Source: a virus (taxonomy: Duplodnaviria; Caudoviricetes). Taken from it: 54,940 nucleotides of DNA. The position numbers were made by a program, and so were the translations under genes. The notes beneath the pieces were generated by a model. The model did no database searches and was not told the DNA's origin. It saw only the letters and a list, made by a program, of their open reading frames with translations. The DNA is taken from IMG/VR virus record IMGVR_UViG_3300037264_005663, positions 1 to 54,940 of that record. One strand, given 5' to 3'. Position 1 is the first letter of the stretch. The number at the start of each line of letters is the position of its first letter. Shown one piece after another: positions 26,763 through 37,800 of the stretch.

Positions 26763-27133
26763 CGCTAGCCGAGATCATAACTCCAATCCGTGGTGTTACT
26801 ATTTCAGTTCGTTTGCGTGCCGGGTCTGAAACTGGGATACAACTCACACACATGGAATACTACGACTGCCGCGCGGCGATTGCTGCCGTGTTCTGCGCGG
26901 TGCCGTCGCTTGGTGATATCAGGGCTGGAGATTTCAGTACCAGAATTCAGGCGCTCCGAACCGCGGCGGTGGTTTACGTTTGTCCAGACGAACAGGACGG
27001 CTTGTCGTATGAATTGACGGCCATCCGATCTGCGGTGGGTTTTGGTCTCATCCTCGAGCATTCCCAAACTGTGGCCGGCCAAGTGAACGACCTCACGCGC
27101 CTCGAATTGCGGGGAGGAGTTGCTCACGCATGA
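26759..27133 (+). CDS. Hypothetical protein
   Basis: Coupled ORF. Confidence 0.5.
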   Translation: MTLAEIITPIRGVTISVRLRAGSETGIQLTHMEYYDCRAAIAAVFCAVPSLGDIRAGDFSTRIQALRTAAVVYVCPDEQDGLSYELTAIRSAVGFGLILEHSQTVAGQVNDLTRLELRGGVAHA

Positions 27134-27624
27134 ATTGGGCAATCTACGAGGTGGGAGCGTCTGTGATCCCGCTCACACTCACCATCGACCAGGAGGGAGC
27201 AGGTGGTGTGGTCGGGAAGTCGCCTACTGTCGCGCTGCGCAACGCCGCGACCAGCAATTCGTACCTCGATTGGGCAGACAGCACGTTCAAGGCAGCGGGC
27301 TGGACTACGAAGTACGCTTCGATGACTGAAATCGAGCGCGGGCACTATCAGCGCATTCTCGACTCGAGCGCGGTTGCGGCAATCGTCGATGAAACTGTCC
27401 TGGCTGCAGAATTCCATGTGGACGACGGGGGCGACGTCGTGGGGGACGATGCGGATCTCCTCGTGTTTACTGACGGGTTCGGCGGTGGTGGTGGCGCGTC
27501 GGCCGCGGCCGTGTGGGATGAAATCCTCGCCGGCCACGTGATCGCCGGAAGTGCCGGGAAGGTCTTGCAGGAGATCCGGATAGAAGAGGAAGAGGACGAC
27601 TTCAGGATGGAGCCCGCGTCATGA
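27130..27624 (+). CDS. Putative structural protein
   Basis: Ig-like N-part; AAAVWDEILAGH..AGSAGK.L motif common in phage structural proteins. Confidence 0.6.
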   Translation: MNWAIYEVGASVIPLTLTIDQEGAGGVVGKSPTVALRNAATSNSYLDWADSTFKAAGWTTKYASMTEIERGHYQRILDSSAVAAIVDETVLAAEFHVDDGGDVVGDDADLLVFTDGFGGGGGASAAAVWDEILAGHVIAGSAGKVLQEIRIEEEEDDFRMEPAS

Positions 27625-27716
27625 CAACGAACCCACCAAAACCGCCACCGCCTGCTGGAGACGTGCGGCGTGATGTGTTGCGTCCGCCTCCGCCCCCACC
27701 GAAGAAGGATCGATAA

Positions 27717-28706
27717 ATGGCCGCCTCCCGCTACAATGCCGAAGTCGGGCAAACCGTGCGGTTGAAGGCGCGATTCGACCAGAACCAGACCACGCTCATC
27801 GATCCCTACGAGATCACACAGGTGGAGATCCTGGATCCAACCGACGCGGTGGTGCAGACCATCCCCGGGGCTTCGGCGGTGCGGGAGTCGCTCGGCGTGT
27901 GGTACGTCGATTACGCCATCGCGGCCGGCGCCACGACTGGCCTGTGGCGAGACCGCTGGACGTGGCGTCCCTACTCTGGCTACGATCTTCGTGTTGGTTC
28001 AAGTAGCTTCCAGGTGTTCCCGGCAGGAACATTCTCCGCGGCCGAGGGATACCTGACGGTGGCGCAGATCCACGACTTGGGATTTATCGATTCTTCGAGT
28101 CCACTCACCGACGCACAGATCGATTATCTCTCGCGTTTGGCTACCACGTTTATCGAGCGCGCGCTGGGCCAGGTGTTTCGATCCTTCGCTGGCGCCGTCG
28201 ATGTCGATGGTACAGGGCGCCCGTTCCTGCATATGCCGAGTTCGCACTGGGTGCGCAGCCTCACGAACATCGTCAACCTGGACACCGGAGAGTCCATCGA
28301 CGTCACGCCGTTGCGATTCCGCGGCGCCGAAATTTTCCACCGCGACTGGCGCCCGTGGCCTCACCGTTACGAGAGCCCGCCATATCTGGGGTGTGTGACG
28401 CAGGACGTTTTCCCGCGCGGGCACAAGAACATTAGAGTCACTGGGACTTTCGGCCAATTCGAATCGCCACCGGTGGATCTCCAGCATGCGGTGGGTGTCA
28501 TGGTGAAGTACGCCGGGATGGACGACACAGTGACGGCACCCTGGATACTCAACTATACAAGCGAAGGCGTGGACGGCCAGCAGGTGAGCTATCGCGACAT
28601 GGACCCGGACAGTCGCAAGAAGGCACTCACTGGGATTGCGGAAGTGGACGCGATTCTCAACAATTACTACAACCGCCGGCCGCGCATTCGGTCGTTGGTA
28701 CGATGA
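27717..28706 (+). CDS. Head-tail adaptor with N-terminal Ig-like domain
   Basis: YLTVAQI...ATTFIERALGQVF...FPRGHKNIRVTGTFG...VDAILNNY. Confidence 0.7.
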   Translation: MAASRYNAEVGQTVRLKARFDQNQTTLIDPYEITQVEILDPTDAVVQTIPGASAVRESLGVWYVDYAIAAGATTGLWRDRWTWRPYSGYDLRVGSSSFQVFPAGTFSAAEGYLTVAQIHDLGFIDSSSPLTDAQIDYLSRLATTFIERALGQVFRSFAGAVDVDGTGRPFLHMPSSHWVRSLTNIVNLDTGESIDVTPLRFRGAEIFHRDWRPWPHRYESPPYLGCVTQDVFPRGHKNIRVTGTFGQFESPPVDLQHAVGVMVKYAGMDDTVTAPWILNYTSEGVDGQQVSYRDMDPDSRKKALTGIAEVDAILNNYYNRRPRIRSLVR

Positions 28707-28828
28707 GTTTCAATCCGGCATGCAATGAGCACGCGGCGCTTCACGATCCGTGGCACCGGTGGTGTCTGCGGTGTTGGCTCGAGCGGAGGGGCATCTATTG
28801 GTCTTTTGTGCCCTGGAGGGTGTAGGCT

Positions 28829-29182
28829 GTGCCCCGTCATCGTGGCTTGCTCAGAAACGAGCGAGTACAGATCTGGCGCCGGGCAACGACGGAAGATGGG
28901 ATGTGTGGGGTTTATCCGTCGTTCACGCTCGCGATCTCTCGGTATCTGTGCAGGATCTGGTGGCCGGAGACGGAGAAGGAGCGCCACGACCAGGGCGAGG
29001 AGAAAATCGAGGGACCGTCGATGTTCGGGGACCCCGCAGATATTCGCGAGGGTGACAAGGTGATCAGGACCAGTGGCCAGGAGTATCTGGTTACATCTGT
29101 GCGGAAACCATTGGATGGCAGGGTCATTCACCACCAGCGGTGTCTGCTCCGGAGGATGGATGGGGGAAGTTCGGCGAACTAG
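28829..29182 (+). CDS. Head closure/stopper protein
   Basis: ADIREGDKV...YLVTSVR...HHQRC; position. Confidence 0.65.
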   Translation: MPRHRGLLRNERVQIWRRATTEDGMCGVYPSFTLAISRYLCRIWWPETEKERHDQGEEKIEGPSMFGDPADIREGDKVIRTSGQEYLVTSVRKPLDGRVIHHQRCLLRRMDGGSSAN

Positions 29183-29567
29183 CCGATTCCAGCAACTCGG
29201 CGAGCACATGAAACGCGCCGGCGGGCCTATCTGTTTTCAGGCGGGACAAATCGTGCTTACTGCGGCGAAACAGAAAATCACTACCAAAGACTTCATCGTG
29301 TCGGGGACCTTGCACCGCATTGGGTTCGTATCTCCCCCGGTATTTTTCGAGGGGATAAGTGATGCGCATTGGCGGGTGCAGGTTTCCTTTCCGCTCGAGT
29401 ACGCGCCATGGATTGAGTTCGGCGTGCGGGATGATCCGCGATATGGACGTGTGGTCATGCGCTCGAAAAATCCTGGTTACCTGTTCGAGACGGCGCTCGA
29501 GCAACAAGACCGCGTGCAGTCGTTCATTGCCAGCTCGTATCGAGCCACCATGAGGAGTTTCCGTTGA
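29160..29567 (+). CDS. HK97 gp10-like tail completion protein
   Basis: VSGTLHR, EYAPWIEFG, PGYLFETALE. Confidence 0.7.
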   Translation: MGEVRRTSRFQQLGEHMKRAGGPICFQAGQIVLTAAKQKITTKDFIVSGTLHRIGFVSPPVFFEGISDAHWRVQVSFPLEYAPWIEFGVRDDPRYGRVVMRSKNPGYLFETALEQQDRVQSFIASSYRATMRSFR

Positions 29568-30064
29568 TTTACAATCCGATACGGGACCTCCTTGGACACA
29601 TCTGCGACACCATGGGCGAGTGTGACGAATTGGCCGACATCCTCGATTCAGCGGATGGGGTGCGGCGGATACAGCGCGGATTGGAGGCACCATGGGAGAA
29701 TGTGATTTGTTATGGCAAAGCCATCCGGACGAGGCCGTTCGCCCAGAGTCAGCCCATCTGGCGGGTGAGCGTCCTGTTCGTTCCATGGATTCGAGGCGAG
29801 GCGAGTCTCCAGACGTCGGGAGATTTGATTCTCGCCGACATCGAAGCCATCCTCATCCGCATGTGGAATCCGCATCATCCGGCCGATGTGCTGCGGCCGG
29901 ATTGCCAGGACGGCACGTTTAGGCTGATGGACACCAGGTTCGAATTCTCGACGGAACCCGAATTCCAGACGCCAGTGCAGGCCTGGACACAACAGCACCG
30001 AATCGCGTACGATATCGTGGTGCCGACATGTAGGGCAGTGGCACCTTGTTTGACGTGCCCGTAA
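29564..30064 (+). CDS. Tail terminator protein
   Basis: Size and position before the tube gene. Confidence 0.55.
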   Translation: MIYNPIRDLLGHICDTMGECDELADILDSADGVRRIQRGLEAPWENVICYGKAIRTRPFAQSQPIWRVSVLFVPWIRGEASLQTSGDLILADIEAILIRMWNPHHPADVLRPDCQDGTFRLMDTRFEFSTEPEFQTPVQAWTQQHRIAYDIVVPTCRAVAPCLTCP

Positions 30065-30085
30065 CGGGGAGGAGGACCAACCCCC

Positions 30086-30634
30086 ATGCCGCCTGAAGTT
30101 TGCGTAGATTGCACCGAAGTGGCCAACGACGCCTACACCCTGCACACCGGAGATCTGTACATCTGCGGTCCTGATGGGACAACGACGTCAGTCGGCAACG
30201 TCCAGGTGCTCGCTTTCAACTTCCGCCCGAACGTCGTCGAACACCGTAAAGGTAAGACTGGCGGTCTCGATGCGTTACTTCCACTCACCGAGGACTTCGA
30301 ACTCGTGGTGACGGTAGACGAGATGAACCCGTTCAACTGGGCGACGGCGCTCGGGGTGGACGTGATCGAGACCCAGGGCGGGTGTATCGTTCCCTTCAAG
30401 CGCACGGAGTGCAACCGAGTCTACGGCATCCAGTTCGTCCACACGTTCCCCTGTGGCGACCGCACGCTCACCATCGACATCTGGCGCGCGCTCATCGTGG
30501 CCGAGGTGTCGGTGGAGTTCGGTGAGACGCCGGCCTCGTTCCAACTCACGATCCGGGCCACCGAGTGCGAATCCTCGCATCCGGATGCGCCCTATGGCCA
30601 GATGACCTTCAACGTGGCGTGTCCGACGTCGTAA
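30086..30634 (+). CDS. Major tail tube protein
   Basis: YTLHTGDLY...VGNV...VTVDEMNPFNW..ALG...HPDAPYG; strong GGAGGA RBS. Confidence 0.7.
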   Translation: MPPEVCVDCTEVANDAYTLHTGDLYICGPDGTTTSVGNVQVLAFNFRPNVVEHRKGKTGGLDALLPLTEDFELVVTVDEMNPFNWATALGVDVIETQGGCIVPFKRTECNRVYGIQFVHTFPCGDRTLTIDIWRALIVAEVSVEFGETPASFQLTIRATECESSHPDAPYGQMTFNVACPTS

Positions 30635-30650
30635 GGAAGGAACCGAACCC

Positions 30651-31130
30651 ATGACGCAAGGTGCCGCGGCGGCGGTGCTCAACATCCGCAAGCCGCTCGA
30701 TCTCTCGGATGGTCGCCGGCTGATGGTCCGACGACTCAAGACCAGGGAGGTCAAAGAACTGGTCGAGCAGGTGGGTGCCGATCTGGTGAGGGCCATGGGT
30801 GGCAGGAGCGCAGTAGTCACTACGTGGGCCGAGATCGCACCACAACTCATCGGGCAATTCGGCGAGACGTCGTTCCAGATGTTCTCGAAGATCTGCTCGT
30901 GGCCGGAACAGGACGATGGACACCTGTCTCCTGAAGAGGTTGGGGATCTCGATGTCGAGGACTACGCCGCCCTCTGTGCCTTGTTCGCCGAGATGCATGA
31001 GGCAGCGATTGCCAATTTTCGGCGAGCTGGCGCGAAGTTCGAAGAGAGGAGGAAGCCCGCCGTCGCGGCCAGCGTATCAGAAGGCGGAAACGGGGCGAAC
31101 CGCTCGAGCGAACCCTCGACCGACTCGTAG
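30651..31130 (+). CDS. Tail assembly chaperone (gpG-like)
   Basis: Lies between tube and tape measure genes. Confidence 0.7.
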   Translation: MTQGAAAAVLNIRKPLDLSDGRRLMVRRLKTREVKELVEQVGADLVRAMGGRSAVVTTWAEIAPQLIGQFGETSFQMFSKICSWPEQDDGHLSPEEVGDLDVEDYAALCALFAEMHEAAIANFRRAGAKFEERRKPAVAASVSEGGNGANRSSEPSTDS

Positions 31131-31441
31131 GGGCCGGTTATCGGCTCGACGACTTGGGAGACGTCCCTTATGATGGGTTGCTCGCACTGGCCCGCGAGGC
31201 CGAGGCCAGGCAAAAGCGCGACTTGAAAGCGCTCCTCGTGGTGATCCACGGGAAGCCCAAGGATGTGCACCGCGACCTTACGAGGGCAGAACAGGCCGCG
31301 CTCTCGCGACCCGCGGATGGCAAGCAGGAGCCGGCTGGAGTCAGACTCGGTGATTTGTTCAAGGCCTTCGGGAAACCGAAGGTCCAGATAGTCCCGCGCG
31401 AGGAGATACATGGGCGCCGCGATCAACGTCGGGGGGATTGA
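31085..31441 (+). CDS. Tail chaperone extension (gpT-like), probably reached by -1 frameshift
   Basis: -1 frame open 31001-31441, reading LERTLDRLVGAGYRLDDLGDVPYDGLLAL; no good independent start. Confidence 0.55.
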   Translation, partial: RKRGEPLERTLDRLVGAGYRLDDLGDVPYDGLLALAREAEARQKRDLKALLVVIHGKPKDVHRDLTRAEQAALSRPADGKQEPAGVRLGDLFKAFGKPKVQIVPREEIHGRRDQRRGD

Positions 31442-33635
31442 AGCCACCGTCACAACGGCGATGGCGCCGTTCCTCCGTTCGATGGAGCAGGCGGATAAAC
31501 GCCTGGACACGACCGAAAAGAAGATGGACAGCCTCGTGGCGAGCGCCGAGAAGGTCGGGGTTCGTTTGGCTGCCATCGGCGCCGGTATCACCGCGGCATT
31601 CGGGCTCGCCGTCAAGGCAGCCGACAATGAGCAGCGGGCCATCAACCGCGCAAGCGCTGCGATCCGTGCGGCCGGCGGCGATTTCGAGGATATACACGGC
31701 CGGATAAAGCCGGTCATAGACGACCTCGAGGCGCTGGGCGGTCCCGGAAGCGATCGTCTTATCGAGTCGTTCTCGCGTTTGTTCGCGGCGACGGGAAACG
31801 AAGCCGCGTCACTCGATATCCTCGGAATTTCGACCCGCCTCGCGGCACAGGGCGTCGGCGACCTCGAGCAGAATTCCATGGCCATGTTGACCGCCCTTTC
31901 CGGACAGCCGTCGTTGCTCCTGCGTCTTGATAGGTCGCTCAACACGGTCAAGGCTAGGTGGGACGAGCAGGCGAAGACCATAGGCACCGCGCGCGCCGAG
32001 GTGGGCTTCGTCAATGAAGCGCTCGAGATCCTGCGCAAGAAATCCTCCATCGCACCCGACCTCACGCCGCTGCAGCGACTAGGTTTTCAGATGGGCGAAC
32101 TTCGCGAGGAAGTCGGCGGCGTCGTGGCTGAGGCATTCGAGCCGTTCTTCAACCTCTTGGTGAACGGAGTCCGAATCGCGCGCGAATTCGCCAATACGGG
32201 GCTGGGTCGTGTGGTGACGGTGGGCGCGGCTGTAGCCGGCGTACTCGCGACGGTCGCCGGCGGGGCGCTACTCGTTGGATCGCAGCTCATCAAGGCCGGT
32301 AAGGATGTCCTCGGATTCGCAAGAGCTGGCGGAGCTGCGGGGACGGTGTTCCAATCGCTCGGCACGGTCCTCTTGCGCACGATCGCCATCGCCGGTGCCC
32401 TCGAGGTGGGTCTCCAGATCGGCAACCTCCTCAACCAGTGGGAGGGGTTCCGCGTCGTCGTCCAGCGTGTATTCGCCGGCTTGTCATTCGGAATCGAGAA
32501 GGTCAAGGGTCTCTTCGGCAAGGGGAATCAGGATCTCGCGCAGGCGTACTGGGACATCGCCAGTGGTAAGGTCGCAGTGGGGGACGAGGCGGTGTCGCGC
32601 ATCTCCATCGTCGAGACCATCGCCAATAAGGTGCGCGAACTCATGCAGGCTTCGCAGGAGGCGGCCGCGGCCACCGGGCAACAGGTGGACTTCAATAAAT
32701 TGCTGGCCGGCAGTTACGACGATGTGGGTAATGCGGCGGATGGGGCTGCCGACAAAATCGCGAAACAGAACGAAGAAGCCCTGCGTGATGCGAAGAAACA
32801 GGCCGCAGAAAGAGAGCAACGCAGGCAAGAACTCGACGAGGAGCTGCAGTTACAAGCGGGGAACCACGCGCAGATCCTGGCGTTACTAATCGAACGACGT
32901 GATGAGACTCTGGCCACCGTAAATGCCCAACGCGCAGCCGCAGGCGCCGCCCAGGTGGAGGAGCTCGAGCGCCTGGTTGAACTCAACGAGCAAATCGCCA
33001 CTCTGACGGAGGACCAGAAACAACGCCTCGTCGATCCATGGAAGAGTGCGGCCGACGAAGCGCAGAGTTTTGGTGGTTTTGCACAGAGTGTGGTTGGAGG
33101 CGTGCAGCAACTCGCTGGCGGATTGGCTGACGCGTTCGCCACTCAAGTGGTCGGAGGCATCGATCAGGCACGGCAGTCCTTCTCACAATTCGTCACACAA
33201 TTCTTCAAACAGATTGCCGCCATGATCGCTCGTGCTTTGGTATTATCGGCCATCCTTTCGTTCCTCCCCGGAGGTGGGACGTTCGGCGGGCAACTGGGGA
33301 AGTTCTTCGGCAAGGGTGGAGGTGGGGCTCCGGGTGCGTTGGCTGGTGCGGCGTTCCCAAGCAAAACAGGGTTCGACGATCCCGTAAACGATGCATTACT
33401 GCGCGCCGAGGGCGGGCGCATCGGCGATCTGTTCGCGGAGGGCATGAGCGGAAGAATGGCGAACATGGGCGTGGGACAGGCCACGTTCCCGGGTGCGGCT
33501 GTTGGCGGTGGTACTGGCGCCCAACCACAGGTAATCGTCCACGAGGCCACACCACGGACATGGGTAGAAATAAGCGATAGATTCATCGAGCCGCGGTTGC
33601 GCGACCGGGAAGACCGGCAGACGGAGCGCACGTGA
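31410..33635 (+). CDS. Tape measure protein
   Basis: 741 aa, Ala/Gly-rich helical protein with hydrophobic segments; position. Confidence 0.85.
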   Translation: MGAAINVGGIEATVTTAMAPFLRSMEQADKRLDTTEKKMDSLVASAEKVGVRLAAIGAGITAAFGLAVKAADNEQRAINRASAAIRAAGGDFEDIHGRIKPVIDDLEALGGPGSDRLIESFSRLFAATGNEAASLDILGISTRLAAQGVGDLEQNSMAMLTALSGQPSLLLRLDRSLNTVKARWDEQAKTIGTARAEVGFVNEALEILRKKSSIAPDLTPLQRLGFQMGELREEVGGVVAEAFEPFFNLLVNGVRIAREFANTGLGRVVTVGAAVAGVLATVAGGALLVGSQLIKAGKDVLGFARAGGAAGTVFQSLGTVLLRTIAIAGALEVGLQIGNLLNQWEGFRVVVQRVFAGLSFGIEKVKGLFGKGNQDLAQAYWDIASGKVAVGDEAVSRISIVETIANKVRELMQASQEAAAATGQQVDFNKLLAGSYDDVGNAADGAADKIAKQNEEALRDAKKQAAEREQRRQELDEELQLQAGNHAQILALLIERRDETLATVNAQRAAAGAAQVEELERLVELNEQIATLTEDQKQRLVDPWKSAADEAQSFGGFAQSVVGGVQQLAGGLADAFATQVVGGIDQARQSFSQFVTQFFKQIAAMIARALVLSAILSFLPGGGTFGGQLGKFFGKGGGGAPGALAGAAFPSKTGFDDPVNDALLRAEGGRIGDLFAEGMSGRMANMGVGQATFPGAAVGGGTGAQPQVIVHEATPRTWVEISDRFIEPRLRDREDRQTERT

Positions 33636-33846
33636 TGCAGTCCTGCGCCCCAGAAGCCGACCCCAGCCCACAGAACCCAACCGGAGCCAAGGGGAAAAGC
33701 AGGAGATATATCCGGGATGTGTGATCGATGACCTCCGATCTGTGGGTTCAACTGTTCCGGCTGGTGTGGCTCCTCCGTGCGCGCCGTGATCAGTTGGTTT
33801 ATTGGCGCGACGAGGTGTACGGCGCCCGGGACGCGAGGCATGGACT

Positions 33847-34266
33847 ATGAGGAACGTGCTCGCCATCCAGGCGGTCGGACTCACTGATGGGATTCTCTAC
33901 TTTAGCGACGAGGAGGTGGAGGATGAAATCGTGGTGGCGCCGCGGCAGGAGGTCGTCCACCGCCGCACGCAAGCAGGCGACCAGCGCACCTACTACAAGG
34001 GTGGGGTTCACTACGAAGCCGAGATTCCGGTGCGCATCGCACGATACGACACACTGCTCAAATTGGCGGAGATATTCAACCTCCAGGCTGAGGTAGAAGT
34101 CTTTCCGCACCTTCCCGAAGACCCAGTCACGAGTTACGTCATGGTGTGGACGAATCCTGAAGTATTCCATGAGCGATGGCGCCGCGGCTATCCGCGGGCG
34201 AATTACACCATTCGGCTGGAGTTCCGCGAGCCGCGCGGCGCCATCTGTACGCCGCCGGAGTCCTGA
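33847..34266 (+). CDS. Distal tail (Dit-like) protein
   Basis: Follows tape measure; beta-rich; ends YTIRLEFRE. Confidence 0.55.
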   Translation: MRNVLAIQAVGLTDGILYFSDEEVEDEIVVAPRQEVVHRRTQAGDQRTYYKGGVHYEAEIPVRIARYDTLLKLAEIFNLQAEVEVFPHLPEDPVTSYVMVWTNPEVFHERWRRGYPRANYTIRLEFREPRGAICTPPES

Positions 34267-34269
34267 TTT

Positions 34270-34824
34270 ATGCCGTGCGTCGAATGCAGTGAACTCACCG
34301 ATCACAACCTCACCATCAGGACGTTCGACCTATATCTGGCCGAAATCGACGCCGCCGGGCAGATCGGGGAGGATGTCCTGGTCGGCAATATTGTGACCGG
34401 GACATTCGATGATGACGGCGAGACGTTCGACGCATTCGAGCCGCTGGGAGGCGACAACGAGCCGATTGAGGTATTCGCCAGGTTGGGCGTGCGCCTCTCG
34501 TTCACAACTGACGAGATCGCATGTCAGAACCTCCTGAGGATGTTCGGCGAATCGGCAACTGCATCCGGCGCCGGCGACAGACTCGGCCTAGATCCCACGG
34601 TGCGCCGAGCTCTCTACCGTGTGACACTCGAGCACGAGATGCCGTGTGGCACGACCATTGAGGTTCGCTTCCATCGTGCCTCGATTGTGAGCCGCGGAAC
34701 ATACCTATTCAGTCCAGACACCATCCACGGGTTGCCGTTCGAGATAAAGTCGCTCCCTTCTGACGACGAGACGAATCCATTCGGCTATATTGAAATCACT
34801 CCTGGTAATTGTGCGGTGAGTTGA
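34270..34824 (+). CDS. Second tail-tube-like paralogue
   Basis: Aligns end to end with 30086-30634 by eye. Confidence 0.65.
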   Translation: MPCVECSELTDHNLTIRTFDLYLAEIDAAGQIGEDVLVGNIVTGTFDDDGETFDAFEPLGGDNEPIEVFARLGVRLSFTTDEIACQNLLRMFGESATASGAGDRLGLDPTVRRALYRVTLEHEMPCGTTIEVRFHRASIVSRGTYLFSPDTIHGLPFEIKSLPSDDETNPFGYIEITPGNCAVS

Positions 34825-37800
34825 TGGCATACGCCCCCGACGCTGTCGCTCTTTGTATCGATGCCTGCGGGTCGTTCCCACCGGACGGCACCTGCGTCTA
34901 TGCTACGATGGTGAGCGCCTCGTTGGGTTTCCCACGTAATAATATTGCGAACGCGCTTGCTGCTGGATTCCAGCTCATTTTCGTCACGTCGGGGACCTAC
35001 GCCGGCTTTTCCGTGATTGCCCCAGATCGGATTATCGCTGGCCAGTACGACAACTTCCTCGGCACATCACAGGTAGAGATTACGACCGCAGTAACGGCGG
35101 CCACAACGCTGCAGCTCCTAAATATGAATTTCCAGACAGGCATAAATGCCGGGGGTGGTGCACATGTCCGCGCGCGAGATTGTTACCTCACGGGTACTGC
35201 GGCTGGGAGTTCATGCGCTTCGTGCTCCAGCACTGTGAGTACCAGTACGTCAGAACTTATCCTGCATCGATGTACCATAGAAACGACGGCGACCAATGGT
35301 GCCAGGGCGAATGGAGCTTATGGCTTTCTGGAACTTAACGAAGTCACAATCAAAAGGTTGTTGGGGGGTGGAACCAACGCTGTCTTAGCAGAGAACGGAG
35401 GCCACATCAGTGGAACGGACGGCGTCACGGTAGAAGGCACGTGGACCAACGCCGTCCGCGTGGAGGCGACCGGTGGTTCTATCGATCTCACGTGGATTAC
35501 CGCAAACCTCGGTGGCGTCTCCAATGGTGTCTCCAATAATGGCGGAGACATTATAGTCCGCGGTCTCGATTTCGCCGGGCCGGGCATTGCTTCCGGAGCT
35601 GGGATCTCGAACTCGAGCAACTCCAGCAACACCACCATCTACCCTAACGCGCGTACTGGCGCCGACAGTCAAATTCGGGATTGTCAACGTGGCGTCGATT
35701 CGCAGGCATCTACGGATCTCGCCAAATTATATCGAACGACAATTCACACCTGCCGTCAGGGCGTTCGAATAGATGCCGGGCGGGTTGAGCTCTACGGATG
35801 TCTCATCCACAGCTGCACCGGACAGGCAGCGACGGACGGGGGTGGGTGCTACGTACTAAATGGTGGCGATTTGGTGATTGATTTCTGGGCAGAATCTTCG
35901 GATCTGCCCTTTGTCGATAATCAAGTCCATGTGACGGAGATTTACAATTGCCAGCCACCGATCAACCAGGATGGAGGGGCAATCGCAGCGACTGGATCTG
36001 GATCAACAGTTACTGTCTCCGGTTGTAGAATACACGACTGCGTCGCCACCGGCACTGGACGTGGCGGAGCTATTCGCGTGGAGAACGGCGCCACACTCAC
36101 TATTGGTTCCTATGAAAACCACCCCACTGGGAGCACATTTGATGGAGGAGAAGATGGTCGCGACATCTGGCTGGGTTGGGACCCTTACGACTCGGGACGC
36201 GTCGATCAGGGCGCAGTAGAGATAACTGCATGCAGCGCCCAGGACGGCGGAGGCATCTCAGTTGATGTCAGCACACTTGTGCTTACAAATAGTCGTGTTC
36301 ATGCCAACAATGCCCGGAATGTCTCCGCCGCAACCGATGGCGCCGGAGGCGGGGGGATCCACGCCAACAATTCAACAGTGACAATCCGCTCCAGCCTCAT
36401 TGACACGAACAGCACCGGCGGGAGTGTTGGTGCTGGGGTCCACTACTCGAACACGGTGGCCGGCCGCAATCTCGTCATCTTGAAGTGCGATTTCCTGGAC
36501 AATGACCCGGGGGGTGGCGCCGGCGGACACCTCTACCTGGGCGGAGATTCCGATTCTAATGGATCGGCCACGAATTCGATCTTTAAGGGTGCGGTAGGGA
36601 GTGTGGCCGTCCACCTGAAGACGGGGACGAGTTTCAACGAGTCCAAGAATTGTTGGTTCGACAACGACGGCGGGAGTCTAAACTCTGGCTCCATCGGCGC
36701 CAATTCGTTCGAAGCCGACCCCGTGTTCTGTGGCCTCTACCCCAAGGATTTTGCGTTGTTTCGCACCGTCCGAATCAACAGATTGTCGCCATGCGCTGCC
36801 GCCGGAGACCGCTCGCTCGCTTTCGGTTCTGAGGACCCATTCGTAGACCCTGTGGTGGGATGCTCCGGCGTGGCGTGCGGCACGTGGCAGCAGGAGCTCC
36901 CGACGCCGTCCGCGGTATCTGGAGAAACGCTGGATCCGGGCATTGGTACGTGCGACTACGAAACGTTCGCCGGCGCCTACGACGAGGACTGGACGGCAAT
37001 CCTCGAGCAAACAACGGGCGTGGATCATCGGACGATTGTCTGTCTCGACCCGGGTGGACTAGGAATCCAACTCACGTGTATCCTCGAGGGGATGCGCCCA
37101 CTCACCCAGTCTCGCGACGTGCGTTTCCAGGAGTATCAAGGACAGGATGTCGATCTTGTACTGAACGACCCCGAAGGCGTGATGGATCCCGCGGTGAGTG
37201 GTTCTCTTCTGGATGGTGTCGCATGGGAGGGGCTTAAAGTCTTCGTGGGATCGTGGCTTGTTGGCACACAGCGTGTACTTGCACACGCCATCTATTATCT
37301 CGAGGATGTGCAGGTCGAGGAAGGCAAAGTCGTGTTCCGATGCAAAGACGCCTTTGCACGGCTACAGGATACACAGGTCCGCGCGAATGTTGCGATACAA
37401 ATCGTCGAAAGCGGTGGTGGCACACTCTCAGCGGCCACAGTAGGTGTCTCTTATGCTCCCATTGAGACGTGGACAATCACCTTCGCGAGTGCGGCGGCAT
37501 TCCGGGTCCGCGGGTCGATATCTGGAGCTGACGGCGAGGGATCTACCGCGTCGGATTTCACGTCGGATTCTGGCGCCATCACAATATCTTCCTCGGCGTG
37601 GGGCGGAACTTGGGCCGAGGGGGACACAGCCACATTTCGAACCGTGGCGCAATACAGTGGAAACCTGTTCACGGTCTGTCGAACGATATTGGTAACGAAC
37701 ACCGACCTTAGTGAAGCCGACCTCAACACCACGAGTTGGGATGCCGCAGTGGCGTCATTCTCTCTGCACGAGGGGGCATTCACACAGCGGACCACCACGA

